Position numbers and translations under genes: made by a program
Assembly: GCA_963841435.1 (NCBI GenBank)
Contig: CAWJCS010000003.1
Location: 1,344,001-1,408,000 of the forward strand
DNA from: an uncultured delta proteobacterium
Lineage (GTDB): Bacteria > Myxococcota_A > Polyangia > Polyangiales > Polyangiaceae
DNA length: 64,000 nt
Direction: 5' to 3'
Shown: one piece after another, positions 54,992 through 64,000 of the stretch
Layout of the letters: the number at the start of each line of letters is the position of its first letter
Position numbering within the stretch: position 1 is the first letter of the stretch
Notes under the pieces: model-generated
Told to the model about the DNA's origin: nothing
Databases searched by the model: none
What the model saw: only the letters and a program-made list of their open reading frames with translations

Positions 54992-56293
54992 TCACTCCAG
55001 ATAGAAGACGCTCACGTCGTCGGCGGCGGACCCGCCCTGACGATCCGCTCCGCCTGGAAGGTAGATGCGGTCGTCGATCACGGCCGCACCGAAGCCGTGG
55101 CGCGGAATGTCCATCGTGCCGACCTTCACCCAGGTGTCGGTCCCAGGGATGTAGCCGTCGATGTCCGGGAAGACGCCATCCGCTCGGTCGGCGTTGCCCT
55201 CGCCGCCGAAGAGGAACACCTCACCGCCGAGCACGCCGCCCGCCATGCCGCCACGCGGCGTCGGGATGGGTTTGATCTGCTTGTAGCCGGGTTCTCTGGG
55301 GTCGAACTCGAGCGACGACGGCTCGAAGTTGAGGATGCTGTCGATGCGACCGCCGAGGATGTAGATTTTGCCGTTCACGGTGGCGGCGACGCAGTGCTCG
55401 CGGGCGACGGGCATGTCCGGCAGCGGGTCCCACGCATCCATCGCGGGATCGTAGGCGGCAGCAAAGGCGACACTCACGGCGCCTGCCCCGCCGCCAAAGA
55501 CGTAGATGCGGTCTTCGAAGACCGCCGCGCAGCCGGCGCCGCGGGCGGTGCCCGTCGGGAGCGGCGCGACGGGCGTCCAGGCGTCGGCGTCGGGATCGTA
55601 CACCTGCGAATCGGTGGTCGCGTCGCGCATGCTCGTGGCCGTGTAGTGGCCGAGCACGTAGAGCTTGTCGCCGACGACGCCGACGTTCGGGTGATTGAGG
55701 GGGGTCGGATAGTCCGCAACGCTCCGCCACGTCATCGCTTTCGGGTCGTACGCCATGACGCTCGCGGTGATGTTCGGTGCGTACCCGCCGATGACGTACG
55801 CCTCGCCGCGCAATGCTGCGACCCCGTGCTCCTGGCGCACCGCCATCAACGACGGCAGCGCCTCCTCCACCGGATCGCCCGTGGGGATCGGAGTGCCCGC
55901 GCTACCACCGCTACCCGAGCTGCCGCTGCTGCCGGCGCTGGGCGCGCCCGCCTCACCGGAGCTCGTGCCGCCTGCACCATCGCCCGAGGAACCGCCCAAT
56001 GCGGCATTGCCTGCGGCACCGGACGCGCCCGACCCGGCCGAAGCACCCGCCGCACCGCCTGCCGAGCCGCTCGTTCCCACGTTCGGCATGCCGCCCGTGC
56101 CCGCAGCCGCGCCACCCGCGCCACCGCTTCCAGCGTCGCTGCCCGCCGCGCCACTTTGCGCGACGCTGCCGCCAGCACCGGCCCCTCCGCCGGCACCCGA
56201 CGCACCGCCGTTGCCCTTGAACGGCGACTCCTCGCCACTGCATGCGGCGAGCAGCACCATCGCGCACCAGCCGAGCGAAACGCGCGCCGCCAT
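54992..56293 (-). CDS. Kelch-repeat lipoprotein with Gly/Ser linker
   Basis: LAAC lipobox; repeated YVxGG...YDP...W. Confidence 0.88.
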   Translation of the reverse strand: MAARVSLGWCAMVLLAACSGEESPFKGNGGASGAGGGAGAGGSVAQSGAAGSDAGSGGAGGAAAGTGGMPNVGTSGSAGGAAGASAGSGASGAAGNAALGGSSGDGAGGTSSGEAGAPSAGSSGSSGSGGSAGTPIPTGDPVEEALPSLMAVRQEHGVAALRGEAYVIGGYAPNITASVMAYDPKAMTWRSVADYPTPLNHPNVGVVGDKLYVLGHYTATSMRDATTDSQVYDPDADAWTPVAPLPTGTARGAGCAAVFEDRIYVFGGGAGAVSVAFAAAYDPAMDAWDPLPDMPVAREHCVAATVNGKIYILGGRIDSILNFEPSSLEFDPREPGYKQIKPIPTPRGGMAGGVLGGEVFLFGGEGNADRADGVFPDIDGYIPGTDTWVKVGTMDIPRHGFGAAVIDDRIYLPGGADRQGGSAADDVSVFYLE

Positions 56294-56447
56294 CTCGAAC
56301 AATCCGTAGCCCCTTGCAGCATGAGCGGCAACCGATGACGTCCCGAGCGTCTCTCGACGAGACACATCCGGACGGTGTCGTCTTCCAGAGTGAGACAACG
56401 TCTACCGTACGAGTGGTTTTCCTGCACCGTTTGCATCCCTTTTCACG

Positions 56448-56463
56448 AGGCACACTGCTTGCT
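56448..56463 (+). promoter_or_regulatory. Putative sigma54 promoter
   Basis: AGGCACACTGCTTGCT (GG-N10-GC). Confidence 0.55.
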
Positions 56464-56474
56464 GAGCAACGGGC

Positions 56475-57035
56475 GTGACCAAGACGACAGAACGCACGCA
56501 AGTGGAACAACTCAGGGCGGAGGCAAGAGTCCATGCCGCCGGAGGCCGGTTGGCCGTGGCGCTGGAGCTTTACTGCCGCGCCACAGAGCTCGCGCCGAGC
56601 GATCCCTGGATCGCTCACGGCGCGGCCGAGTTCGCCCGCCGACTCAAGCGCGACGACCTCGCCCTCGCGTACCTTCGTCGCGCGGCGGCAGCGTTCGTGG
56701 CCATGGGGCAAACGCGCTACGCGCTGCCCGCGCTCAGAAGTTGCTGGCTGCTCTCGCGTGCTCGGCTTCCCGAGGGCGAGCCCGCGTTCCAGGAGATCAC
56801 CGAAGAGCTCGCCGCGGTGCAGCGGGATCTGGAATTCCACACCGACGCCAGCACGACCGAAGCGCTCGCGGCCGACGCACGTCGCTCGCACGGACTCGGC
56901 GCGCGATCGGAACCGCCTCGCGCACCACTCGAAAGTCTGGTGCGCTCCCTCGCTGCCCCGGCACCCTCTCCTTCGATGACGCACCCGGAGAAGCCGAGCT
57001 TCATCGCCCGCGTGCGCCGCGCCCTCTGCGCCTGA
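56475..57035 (+). CDS. Hypothetical TPR-like helical protein
   Basis: ALELYCRATELAPSDP TPR-like pattern. Confidence 0.55.
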   Translation: MTKTTERTQVEQLRAEARVHAAGGRLAVALELYCRATELAPSDPWIAHGAAEFARRLKRDDLALAYLRRAAAAFVAMGQTRYALPALRSCWLLSRARLPEGEPAFQEITEELAAVQRDLEFHTDASTTEALAADARRSHGLGARSEPPRAPLESLVRSLAAPAPSPSMTHPEKPSFIARVRRALCA

Positions 57036-57137
57036 CGGGTTGACGGCAAGGCGACCATCACGCACTTTCACCCACGGATCGCAGTTCCGGGGGCCGCGTC
57101 CTTGAACGCACGCGCGAGTTCGGGCATCAAAGTGGGG

Positions 57138-57938
57138 ATGCTGAGGGCTCTCGGTGCATCGCTGGTCGTGGCGGGGCTGGCTGCAATCGCCACGGCGGCG
57201 TGCGGCTCCGCCGAAAGCGCCAGGGTCGACACGGGCATGAGCTGCCCGGCCATCGTCAACGACGGGGGCGACACCATTCCGCCACCGCCGGACGGCGTCT
57301 CGCTGTGCCCGGCCGGGACCTGCAACTACCAGAGCCAGAGCGGCTGCGGCGCGGACACCGCGTGCCAGCCGACACAGGTTGCCGGCGAAGCGAACGTCGA
57401 GCCTGGCTGCGTGCCGGCGGGAAGCGGCCACTCGGGCGAGCCGTGTGACGTGGACAACCCCTGCGACAAGGGATTCTTCTGCGCGAACGGGTACTGCCGA
57501 AAGCTTTGCTGCGGGCGCGACTGGTCGGCGTGCGACGAAGGCGAGAGCTGCTTTCGGAACCTCTTGCTGCGCATCGGCAACAACGTCGTGGATAGCGGCG
57601 CCTGGCTCTGCTTTCCCGTCAACGAATGCGACGTGCTCACCTCTGCCACGTGCGAGACTCAGGGATTCGACTGCAAGATGGTCAACCCGCGCGGCAAGGA
57701 AGCCTGCATCCCGCCCAGCCCGGAAAAGCTCGGCGAGCCCTGCTCGGGCGACGGCGCCTGCGCGCGCGGCCTCACCTGTGTCGGGGATCCGGGGGCGGCA
57801 CACTGCCGGCGGCTGTGCCGCGCCGAAGAATGTGGAGAGCCCGCCTGCCCGCCGGAGGAGGGGCTTTGCGTGCACTTCAACCGCGACCCGCCTCTGGTCG
57901 GCGAGTGCACCCCGGGCTTCACCCCCGCTGAGCCTTGA
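57138..57938 (+). CDS. Cys-rich lipoprotein
   Basis: TAAC lipobox; GEPC...C..G..C..CRKLC repeats. Confidence 0.8.
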   Translation: MLRALGASLVVAGLAAIATAACGSAESARVDTGMSCPAIVNDGGDTIPPPPDGVSLCPAGTCNYQSQSGCGADTACQPTQVAGEANVEPGCVPAGSGHSGEPCDVDNPCDKGFFCANGYCRKLCCGRDWSACDEGESCFRNLLLRIGNNVVDSGAWLCFPVNECDVLTSATCETQGFDCKMVNPRGKEACIPPSPEKLGEPCSGDGACARGLTCVGDPGAAHCRRLCRAEECGEPACPPEEGLCVHFNRDPPLVGECTPGFTPAEP

Positions 57939-58002
57939 AACAACCGCCCGCCTTTGGTAAGAGCGCCATCCCAAGTGGTCGGCACCCCCGGCCGCCCGGC
58001 CC

Positions 58003-58075
58003 GGGTCATTAGCTCAATTGGTAGAGCAGCGGACTCTTAATCCGTTGGCTTCTGGTTCGAGTCCAGAATGGCCCA
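58003..58075 (+). tRNA. tRNA-Lys (CTT)
   Basis: GGGTCAT/ATGGCCC acceptor, GCGGA-CT-CTT-AA-TCCGT arm, GGTTCGAGTCC T-arm. Confidence 0.96.
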
Positions 58076-58096
58076 CTAGTAATCGTTGAACAATCC

Positions 58097-58151
58097 GTCG
58101 TCGCTTGGTGCAGGCTTGGTGCGGCTGCACCAAAAACTGCACCAAGACGAC
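58097..58151. repeat. Four 10-bp CTTGGTGCrG-type repeats (two direct, two inverted); possible integrase arm sites
   Basis: Copies at 58104 and 58115 (forward), 58125 and 58137 (reverse). Confidence 0.7.
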
Positions 58152-58278
58152 CTGGGCGCCGCGAGCAAGTCCATGACATGGGGGGCCAGATCGTCCGGGC
58201 TTCGGGCGCGAACGGACGACCCGGGAGCCGCAGGGACTCGGCCGGAGCGAGTGCTGCGGAAGCCCGATGCGTTGACCT

Positions 58279-59027
58279 TCAGGCATCGCTCGATCCCGAG
58301 GCCGGCCCAGCCGCTCCGTTCGTCGCCTTCCCCGCTGATGCCACGGCGCCGGTACGCTTCGGGTCTTCAGCCAGCTCGGGGATCGCGTCGCAAAGGGGAA
58401 CCCAGTCGCCGAGGCTCTGCTCTTGGTGGCCCCGAGCCCAGCGCTTGTAGCGGTTGATCATCTGGCTCGACATGTGGCCCGTGCGGTCGGCGACCCACGA
58501 CTCGGTCTTGTTGTTAGCGAGGGCCACGGTCACGAACGAAGCACGAAGATCGTGGGCTCGGAGGTGCAGCCGATGCTCGTCGCTCTGGTAGAGCTGCGCA
58601 CGCTGGACACCGGCAAGCTTGAGGAAGCTGCGCAGCCGCTCGGCAAGTAGGTACGGGTCGAGCAGAGAGCCGTCAGCCAGGGCGAACACGTGGGCGCTCG
58701 GACTCTTGGAGCGCATGTAGCGGTCTCGGTACCTAGCCAACGCTTTGAGGGTGCCGGGCTGGAGCGGCCAGTCCTTCGGACGACCCGTCTTGGTCTCGTC
58801 CACGTGACCCCAGCCGTGATCGAAGTCCACCTCACGAAGTTGCAGATCCCGAACCTCCCCAACTCGGGGACCTTCTCGGGCGAGGAAGCCGTAGAACAGA
58901 CGCTCGACAAGCGGCACGTCCCGGCAGGCCATCAGCTTCAGATCCTCGTCCGGGTACACGTAGGCTTTCGCCTTCTCGGCGCCCGGCTTTGGCAGGAAGC
59001 CAAGCGGCAGCGGATGCGCGGCAAGAA
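58279..59027 (-). pseudogene. Tyrosine integrase, C-terminal catalytic part (IS-interrupted)
   Basis: REGPRVGE (Arg), TKT, HDLR, TGH..SQMINRY. Confidence 0.9.
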
Positions 59028-59249
59028 TGTCGGCGAGCGCCGGAAAGCGCGGAAATCTGAGCGAGGCCGCCTGACGGCGTAGTTGGCCCCGGCCGCGCGA
59101 GCGGCGGAGGATCTCGGCCCGCCCCAAATAGGAAGGGCCCGGAGACTTCACCTCTCCGAGCCCGGGTCGCCGCGAGTGGACGCGTTCGACGCGATGGTTG
59201 TCGCACGAGTCCGCGAGGGTGGCCGAGTTCTCGGCGGCCGCGCTCGCGA

Positions 59250-59912
59250 GTGGACGATTTCCGGCAGATCCAGTGCTTGGTCGATGACTGCCGGCGGCTG
59301 TTCCACCTGTGCCGGGGTTGCGATCGCGGACACGTCTACTGCCCGGACGGACGGCACGACGCCAAGCGCGCGAGCACGCGCCGGGACTCGAAGCGGCGGC
59401 ACTGGCGGAGCCGTGGAGGACGGCGGACTACAGCGGCACGGCTGCGACGCTTCCGAGCTCGTCGGCGAAAAATAGAAACGGACAGGGGTCGCCGAGAAGT
59501 TGGCCTGTCCCCGATCGTGGTCGTCGCCGAGCGCTCCGCCGTCGCGGTGACGGTCGAGTCGCCCGGCAAGGAAACGACCGATGGAATCGATTTGGATGGG
59601 AATTGCGCCGGGTTCGGCGACGACCCGGGTCTTGGCGATGGCGGGCCCCGGCGAGACGCTGCTCAAAGGCATGCTGCGGGGGACCCCGTCGCATGCGCGG
59701 GCGCTGCCGACGCTGCTCGAGGCGGTGGCGCTCTGGCAGGGAGCCCCGGTCCGCGCTGTGCTTTGTGCGGACGCGAGGGCCGCTTCGTCCGACTCGCCCC
59801 TCTCGCACGTTGCGTGGGACGAGGGCGGCGCGCTCTACAACGTCACCTTCGTTCCCGGGCTCGACCGCCCCCGGCGGCGCAGCGGCGTTCGTGGGGTCGG
59901 AGACTTCCGTGA
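59250..59912 (+). CDS. IS accessory ORF1: Cys-rich putative zinc finger plus Arg-rich helix
   Basis: C..C....C..CDRG..YC, Arg-rich run, distal CALCGR. Confidence 0.6.
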   Translation: MDDFRQIQCLVDDCRRLFHLCRGCDRGHVYCPDGRHDAKRASTRRDSKRRHWRSRGGRRTTAARLRRFRARRRKIETDRGRREVGLSPIVVVAERSAVAVTVESPGKETTDGIDLDGNCAGFGDDPGLGDGGPRRDAAQRHAAGDPVACAGAADAARGGGALAGSPGPRCALCGREGRFVRLAPLARCVGRGRRALQRHLRSRARPPPAAQRRSWGRRLP

Positions 59913-59949
59913 TCTCGAGCGGCTGCTGGTCTGGGAGGTGGCGCGATGA
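59581..59949 (+). CDS. IS accessory ORF2, uncharacterised 122-aa protein
   Basis: AAGGA RBS; ATGA coupling to istA; globular composition. Confidence 0.7.
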   Translation: MESIWMGIAPGSATTRVLAMAGPGETLLKGMLRGTPSHARALPTLLEAVALWQGAPVRAVLCADARAASSDSPLSHVAWDEGGALYNVTFVPGLDRPRRRSGVRGVGDFRDLERLLVWEVAR

Positions 59950-61457
59950 TCTCCGAGGAGCTCCGTTCGCGCATCCGGCGGCTGTTCTTCGCCGAGCACT
60001 GGACGATCGGCACCATCGCCACCGAGCTCGGCTTGCACCGGGACACGGTTGCGCTGGCCGTGGAAACGTCTCGCTTCGCGACGGCGCGGTTCCAGAGCCG
60101 CGCGATGATCCTCGACCCGTATCGCGACTTCGTGCGGGCGACGCTCGAGCAGTACCCGCGGCTCCGCTCGACGCGGCTGTTCGAGATGATTCGCGCTCGC
60201 GGCTACGAGGGCAGCGTTTTCCCGCTCCGCCGCTACGTGCGTCACATCCGCCCGGCGCCGGCGCACGAGGCGTTTTTCCGCCTGAGCACGCTGCCCGGTG
60301 AGGAGGCCCAGGTCAACTGGGGGTCGTTCGGAAAGCTCCGCGTCGGTAACGCTGAGAGGCCGCTCTCGTGCTTCGTGCTCGTGCTTTCGTGGTCTCGGGC
60401 GACCTTCGCGCGCTTCACGCTCGACCAGACCCTCGAGAGCTTTCTGCGCTGCCACGTGGCGGCGTTCCAGCGCCTCGGAGGTGTACCGAGGACCATCCTC
60501 TACGACAACCTAAAAAGCGTCGTCCTCGAGCGGGAGGGCGACCTCATCCGCTTCCACAACCGCATCCTCGAGCTCGCCGGTCACTGCCACTTCGCCCCCA
60601 AGCCCGTCGCCGTCGCGCGGGGCAACGAAAAAGGCCGTGTCGAAAGACGGATCAGGGACCTCAGAGAATCCTTCTTTGCCGCACGCTCCTTCAGCTCGCT
60701 CGCCGATCTCAACCGGCAGCTCGAAAGTTGGCTCGAGCACGTCGCTCACCAGCGCGGCGTTCCCGGCGAGCTCGAGAAGCGCGTCTCAGAGGCGCTCGAC
60801 GAGGAGCGCCCCCGACTCTTGCCGCTGCCCGAGCATCCGTTCCAAACCGACGCGATTCGCGCCATTTCTTCTGGGAAAACCCCGTATCTCCGCTTCGACA
60901 AGAATGACTATTCGATCCCTCACACCCTGATCAGAAAGCCGCTGACGCTCGTTGCCTCCGAGACCACCGTCCGTGTGCTCGACGGCAACGCCGAGGTTGC
61001 TCGTCACCGCCGCTCTTGGGGAGCTCGCCAGCAAGTCGAGGACGAGACCCATCTCGCGGCTCTCGCCGCCGCCAAGCACAAGGCACGCGAGCACCGAGGC
61101 AGAAATCGGCTCTTCGTCGCTTGCTCTGCCGCTCAGCCGTTCCTCGCCGAGGTTGCTCTCCACGGCGGGCACCTCGGCGGCACGACCAGCCGCTTGCTCC
61201 GCTTGCTCGATCAGTACGGCGCCGCCGAGCTCAACGCCGCCCTCGCCGACGCGCACCAGCGCGGCGCCTTCGCCGCTCAGTCCGTCGCCCACGTCCTCGA
61301 TCAGCGCCGTCGCGCCCGCGGCGCTCCGGTCCCGCTCGAAGTCACGCTCCCGAGCGACCCGCGCATCCAGAGCCTCGTCGTCACACCCCACGCCCTCGAC
61401 CGCTACGACCGGCTCTCCCAATCTTCCGATCCGGCAGAAAAACAGGTGAAGCCGTGA
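59946..61457 (+). CDS. istA: IS21 transposase IstA
   Basis: N-terminal HTH, EAQVNWG, LYDNLK, KGRVER, NDYSIP. Confidence 0.95.
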   Translation: MISEELRSRIRRLFFAEHWTIGTIATELGLHRDTVALAVETSRFATARFQSRAMILDPYRDFVRATLEQYPRLRSTRLFEMIRARGYEGSVFPLRRYVRHIRPAPAHEAFFRLSTLPGEEAQVNWGSFGKLRVGNAERPLSCFVLVLSWSRATFARFTLDQTLESFLRCHVAAFQRLGGVPRTILYDNLKSVVLEREGDLIRFHNRILELAGHCHFAPKPVAVARGNEKGRVERRIRDLRESFFAARSFSSLADLNRQLESWLEHVAHQRGVPGELEKRVSEALDEERPRLLPLPEHPFQTDAIRAISSGKTPYLRFDKNDYSIPHTLIRKPLTLVASETTVRVLDGNAEVARHRRSWGARQQVEDETHLAALAAAKHKAREHRGRNRLFVACSAAQPFLAEVALHGGHLGGTTSRLLRLLDQYGAAELNAALADAHQRGAFAAQSVAHVLDQRRRARGAPVPLEVTLPSDPRIQSLVVTPHALDRYDRLSQSSDPAEKQVKP

Positions 61458-62245
61458 CCGAGCGCGATCTCCGGGCCCTGCTCCGCGCTCTCGGTCTCAC
61501 CGCCACCGCCGACGCGCTCGACGACCTCATCGCCCTCGCCACCAAGAAGCGCTTCGGCCCACTCGAGCTCTTCCAGCACGTCGCGGGCCTCGAGGAAAAA
61601 GAGCGCGCTCGGCGCGGACTCGAGCGCCGCATCCGGCGCAGCCGCCTGGAGCGTTTCAAACCCATGGCCGACTTCGACTGGAACTGGCCCTCGAAAATCG
61701 ATCGCCCCCTCGTCGAGTCCGTCCTCCGCCTCGACTTCCTCGAAGAGCCCAGAAACGTCGTGCTCGTCGCGCCACAGGGCCTGGGGAAAACCATGATCGC
61801 CCAAAATGTCGCCCACAACGCCGCGCTCGGTGGTCACGGCGTCCTCTTCATCTCCGCCGCTCAGCTCCTGCTCGACCTCGGCGCTCAGGAGTCCGCCCGC
61901 GCCCTCGAGCGCAGGCTCAAGCACTACGCCAAAATCGGCCTCCTCGTGCTCGACGAGATCGGCTTCCTCGCCTTCGACAACCGCAACGCCGACCTCCTGT
62001 TCCAGGTCATCAGCCGCCGCTACGAGAAGAAAAGCACCGTCCTCACCACCAATCTCGCCTTCAGCGGCTGGCCCACCATCTTCCCCAACGCCACCTGCGC
62101 CACCGCGCTCATCGACCGCGTCGTCCACCACGCCGACGTGATCGCCATCGAAGGCGAGAGCTATCGCGCTCGCGACGCCGAGGCTCAGGCCAAGGAACGT
62201 CGCTCGCGTAGAAAGGAGAAACCCGAGCCTGAGCCCGCTGCCTGA
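61454..62245 (+). CDS. istB: IS21 helper ATPase IstB
   Basis: [38 protein letters not shown] overlaps the istA stop. Confidence 0.95.
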   Translation: MTERDLRALLRALGLTATADALDDLIALATKKRFGPLELFQHVAGLEEKERARRGLERRIRRSRLERFKPMADFDWNWPSKIDRPLVESVLRLDFLEEPRNVVLVAPQGLGKTMIAQNVAHNAALGGHGVLFISAAQLLLDLGAQESARALERRLKHYAKIGLLVLDEIGFLAFDNRNADLLFQVISRRYEKKSTVLTTNLAFSGWPTIFPNATCATALIDRVVHHADVIAIEGESYRARDAEAQAKERRSRRKEKPEPEPAA

Positions 62246-62267
62246 CCAATCAGCTCCGCTCCGGAGG

Positions 62268-62302
62268 ACAGCCCGAGCGCGACTGCGTCGCGCCCGGGCT
62301 GT
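62268..62302 (+). terminator. GC-rich hairpin after istB
   Basis: ACAGCCCGAGCGCGAC-TGC-GTCGCGCCCGGGCTGT; 16-bp stem with one mismatch, weak U tract. Confidence 0.5.
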
Positions 62303-62335
62303 TCAGATTTCGACGGAAACCGGGGCTCGGCAACA

Positions 62336-62879
62336 CAAGAAGATGAAGCGGGTGAACCGCAAGTCGCAGCACGTACCGAATGACCTGGCCAACCTGGCGC
62401 GCGGTTGCGTCGCTCAGCTCGGCTCGTGGCGGCAGCGCCGCCATCACGCTTTCCGCAAGCTCCAGGCCCTTCGGAGCAACGAATTCCTCGATCGGCACCT
62501 GCCCGATGTGATCGTACACGTAGATCCTCAACCGCGCCGCATCGTCCGAGGCCGACTTCTTCGACCTCACGTAGCGGGGGTAGAGTTGGGCAAGCTTGCC
62601 ACTGGTCCACAGCTCCCCGAGTTCCTTGAACGTCATGCCGGGCCAGATGGTGCCGTTGCTCGGGCGACCGGGAACCCTTGAAGCGCGTGCCGCATCCGCG
62701 CGGGCCTTGACGAACGTCTTGCAGTAGCGCCTGGCGACGTCATCTTCCTGAACAGTCTTGGGCACCCGGTGCATCTTCCACAGCCCGACCTTCACGCGGT
62801 ACTTCAGCACCCACTGCGCGTGCTGGTCGGAATACCAGGCGAACCAGTACTCCCCTTGGATCCGACGTCGCTCAGCCAC
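62336..62879 (-). pseudogene. Tyrosine integrase, N-terminal part (start GTG 62879 or ATG 62927)
   Basis: TFKELGELWTSG..., joins in frame to the catalytic part once the IS is removed (LAVHPLHLL|AAHPLP). Confidence 0.85.
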
Positions 62880-63375
62880 CGCGACGGTCCGCTTTCTGGG
62901 CGTTGCCCAAAGCGAGGAGGTTGACATCGTCGAGATCCTCGGCGTCTTGCCTGAGCAACCACTCGTCAGCGTCGGGAACAACGATCCGGAGGAGCTTCCC
63001 GTACCCCCGCGTTGGAAGGCCGGCCCCGATCAGCTTGTCGAGCGTGCGGACGCTGTAGCCGACCCGATCAGCGTACTCGCCCTTCCGCATGAGCAGGGGA
63101 GCACGGTCGGCTGGCAGACCGCCGCCCCCGATGGCGTCACGCACCTGAGCGACCAGGTTCGGGTTCTCGGCTGCGAGCCTGAGGACCGCCTGAGCCAGCT
63201 CGACCAAGAGGCCGTCAGCGAACCCGCGTGGAGCAGTCGGTGGGGGCGGCAGGCGCGCTGGGCGTAGCGGGAGGACCTCGGCGGCAGGAGGTGGCACCCT
63301 CTTGGTACGCCTGGCATGAGCTGCACGTGAACCCGCTACGGACGCTTGCCCGTTCGGCTTTTCGGACCTCGACAC
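62872..63375 (-). CDS. Excisionase-like winged HTH protein
   Basis: MRKGEYADRVGYSVRTLDKLI..GLP.....LRI; directly upstream of the integrase. Confidence 0.6.
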   Translation of the reverse strand: MSRSEKPNGQASVAGSRAAHARRTKRVPPPAAEVLPLRPARLPPPPTAPRGFADGLLVELAQAVLRLAAENPNLVAQVRDAIGGGGLPADRAPLLMRKGEYADRVGYSVRTLDKLIGAGLPTRGYGKLLRIVVPDADEWLLRQDAEDLDDVNLLALGNAQKADRRGG

Positions 63376-63627
63376 GATGGACCTCTGGCGTTCGGCCTAG
63401 GAAGTCCGGGAGCGAGGTTGGGTCGGCGCAATGACGACACCGCGTCGGTCACGGTTGGTGAGCCGAGGGCTTGGCTCGGCCCCCTCCGCATTGATATCTG
63501 CGAGGCCCCTGCGAGATCAACATCAATGATTTCCTTGTAAACCCGCAGGCTGGACCCGTTCCGATTTCGCAACGGTTCACCCCTTCCTTGGCCGCCGCGT
63601 TCCTCTTCCATGAGGATCAGCCCCGCA

Positions 63628-64000
63628 ATGCCGCGCGGAAACTGGGTGGTCACCCCGAACAAGTTCCTGGACGCTCAGCAGGTCGCTGCCCTGCGCGGGA
63701 CCATGGACACGCAGCGGCCCAAGGGCGACCGCTACGACGTAAGGAACGCTGCGATCATCGAGACGCTGCTCGGTACCGGTCTCCGAGTCAGCGAGCTGTG
63801 TGCGCTGGTGGTCGGGGATCTCTACCTCGATCGTGGAGCCGCCCAGGTGCTCGTGCGCCGTGGCAAGGGTGGCAAGACCCGTCTCGTGGCCATCAGCGTC
63901 GGCCTCGCGGAGTACCTCTCGAAGTTCATCAAGGGGAAAGCCGAGATGGGCGAACCAGTCGAGCCGAACAGCCCGCTCTTTGTGAGCGAGCGCGGGTGCA
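63628..64000 (+). CDS. Second tyrosine recombinase, 3'-truncated; absent from the supplied ORF track
   Basis: Manual translation: MPRGNWVVTPNKFLD...RNAAIIETLLGTGLRVSELCAL...RRGKGGKTR...PLFVSER. Confidence 0.88.
   Translation, partial: MPRGNWVVTPNKFLDAQQVAALRGTMDTQRPKGDRYDVRNAAIIETLLGTGLRVSELCALVVGDLYLDRGAAQVLVRRGKGGKTRLVAISVGLAEYLSKFIKGKAEMGEPVEPNSPLFVSERGC

Larger units (their letters stand above)
59028..62335 (+). mobile_element. IS21-family insertion sequence, 3,308 bp, 6-bp target duplication CAAGAA
   Basis: Ends TGT...ACA; terminal IRs match at 24 of 33 positions; CAAGAA at 59022-59027 and 62336-62341; contains istA and istB. Confidence 0.95.
58076..64000. mobile_element. Left part of an integrative element at tRNA-Lys; extends beyond the window
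   Basis: Integrase convergent on the tRNA 3' end, xis-like gene, second tyrosine recombinase. Confidence 0.7.

Noticed and set aside
59028-59151. N-terminus MKSPGPSY... of the 58279-59151 ORF as the real integrase start
   Set aside because: It lies inside the IS left end; the true N-terminus is beyond 62336.
59028-62335. CRISPR-associated or TnpB-guided transposon
   Set aside because: No Cas, TnpB or TniQ gene and no repeat-spacer array is visible; any RNA role for the leader is speculative.

Overview
High-GC bacterial DNA, very likely from a myxobacterium (Polyangiaceae-like; inferred from a MYXO-CTERM-like tail, Cys-rich lipoproteins and a GH6 enzyme). In order, the window holds: a repeat-rich Cys surface protein; prkA (frameshifted) divergent from ppk1; a dispersed surface-glycosylation region at about 13-38 kb (gmhA-, transaldolase-, hddA- and hddC-like genes, an epimerase, four GT-C type membrane glycosyltransferases, a GT2, methyltransferases, a sulfotransferase) with a Dam-type methylase plus a 132-aa PD-(D/E)XK nuclease in its middle; phoU; an exosortase K with a VIT/vWA target; a sirtuin; a LysR-linked phosphorelay with c-di-GMP phosphodiesterases next to tRNA-Arg(TCG), which carries duplicated 3'-end scars; a TetR-fabF pair; and an integrative element at tRNA-Lys(CTT). 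That element's tyrosine integrase is split by a 3,308-bp IS21-family element (CAAGAA target duplication) carrying two overlapping accessory ORFs and an IstA with Asn at the first catalytic Asp. Seven +1 frameshifts look like sequencing errors. No CRISPR array or rRNA was seen. All family calls come from motif recognition by eye, not database searches.
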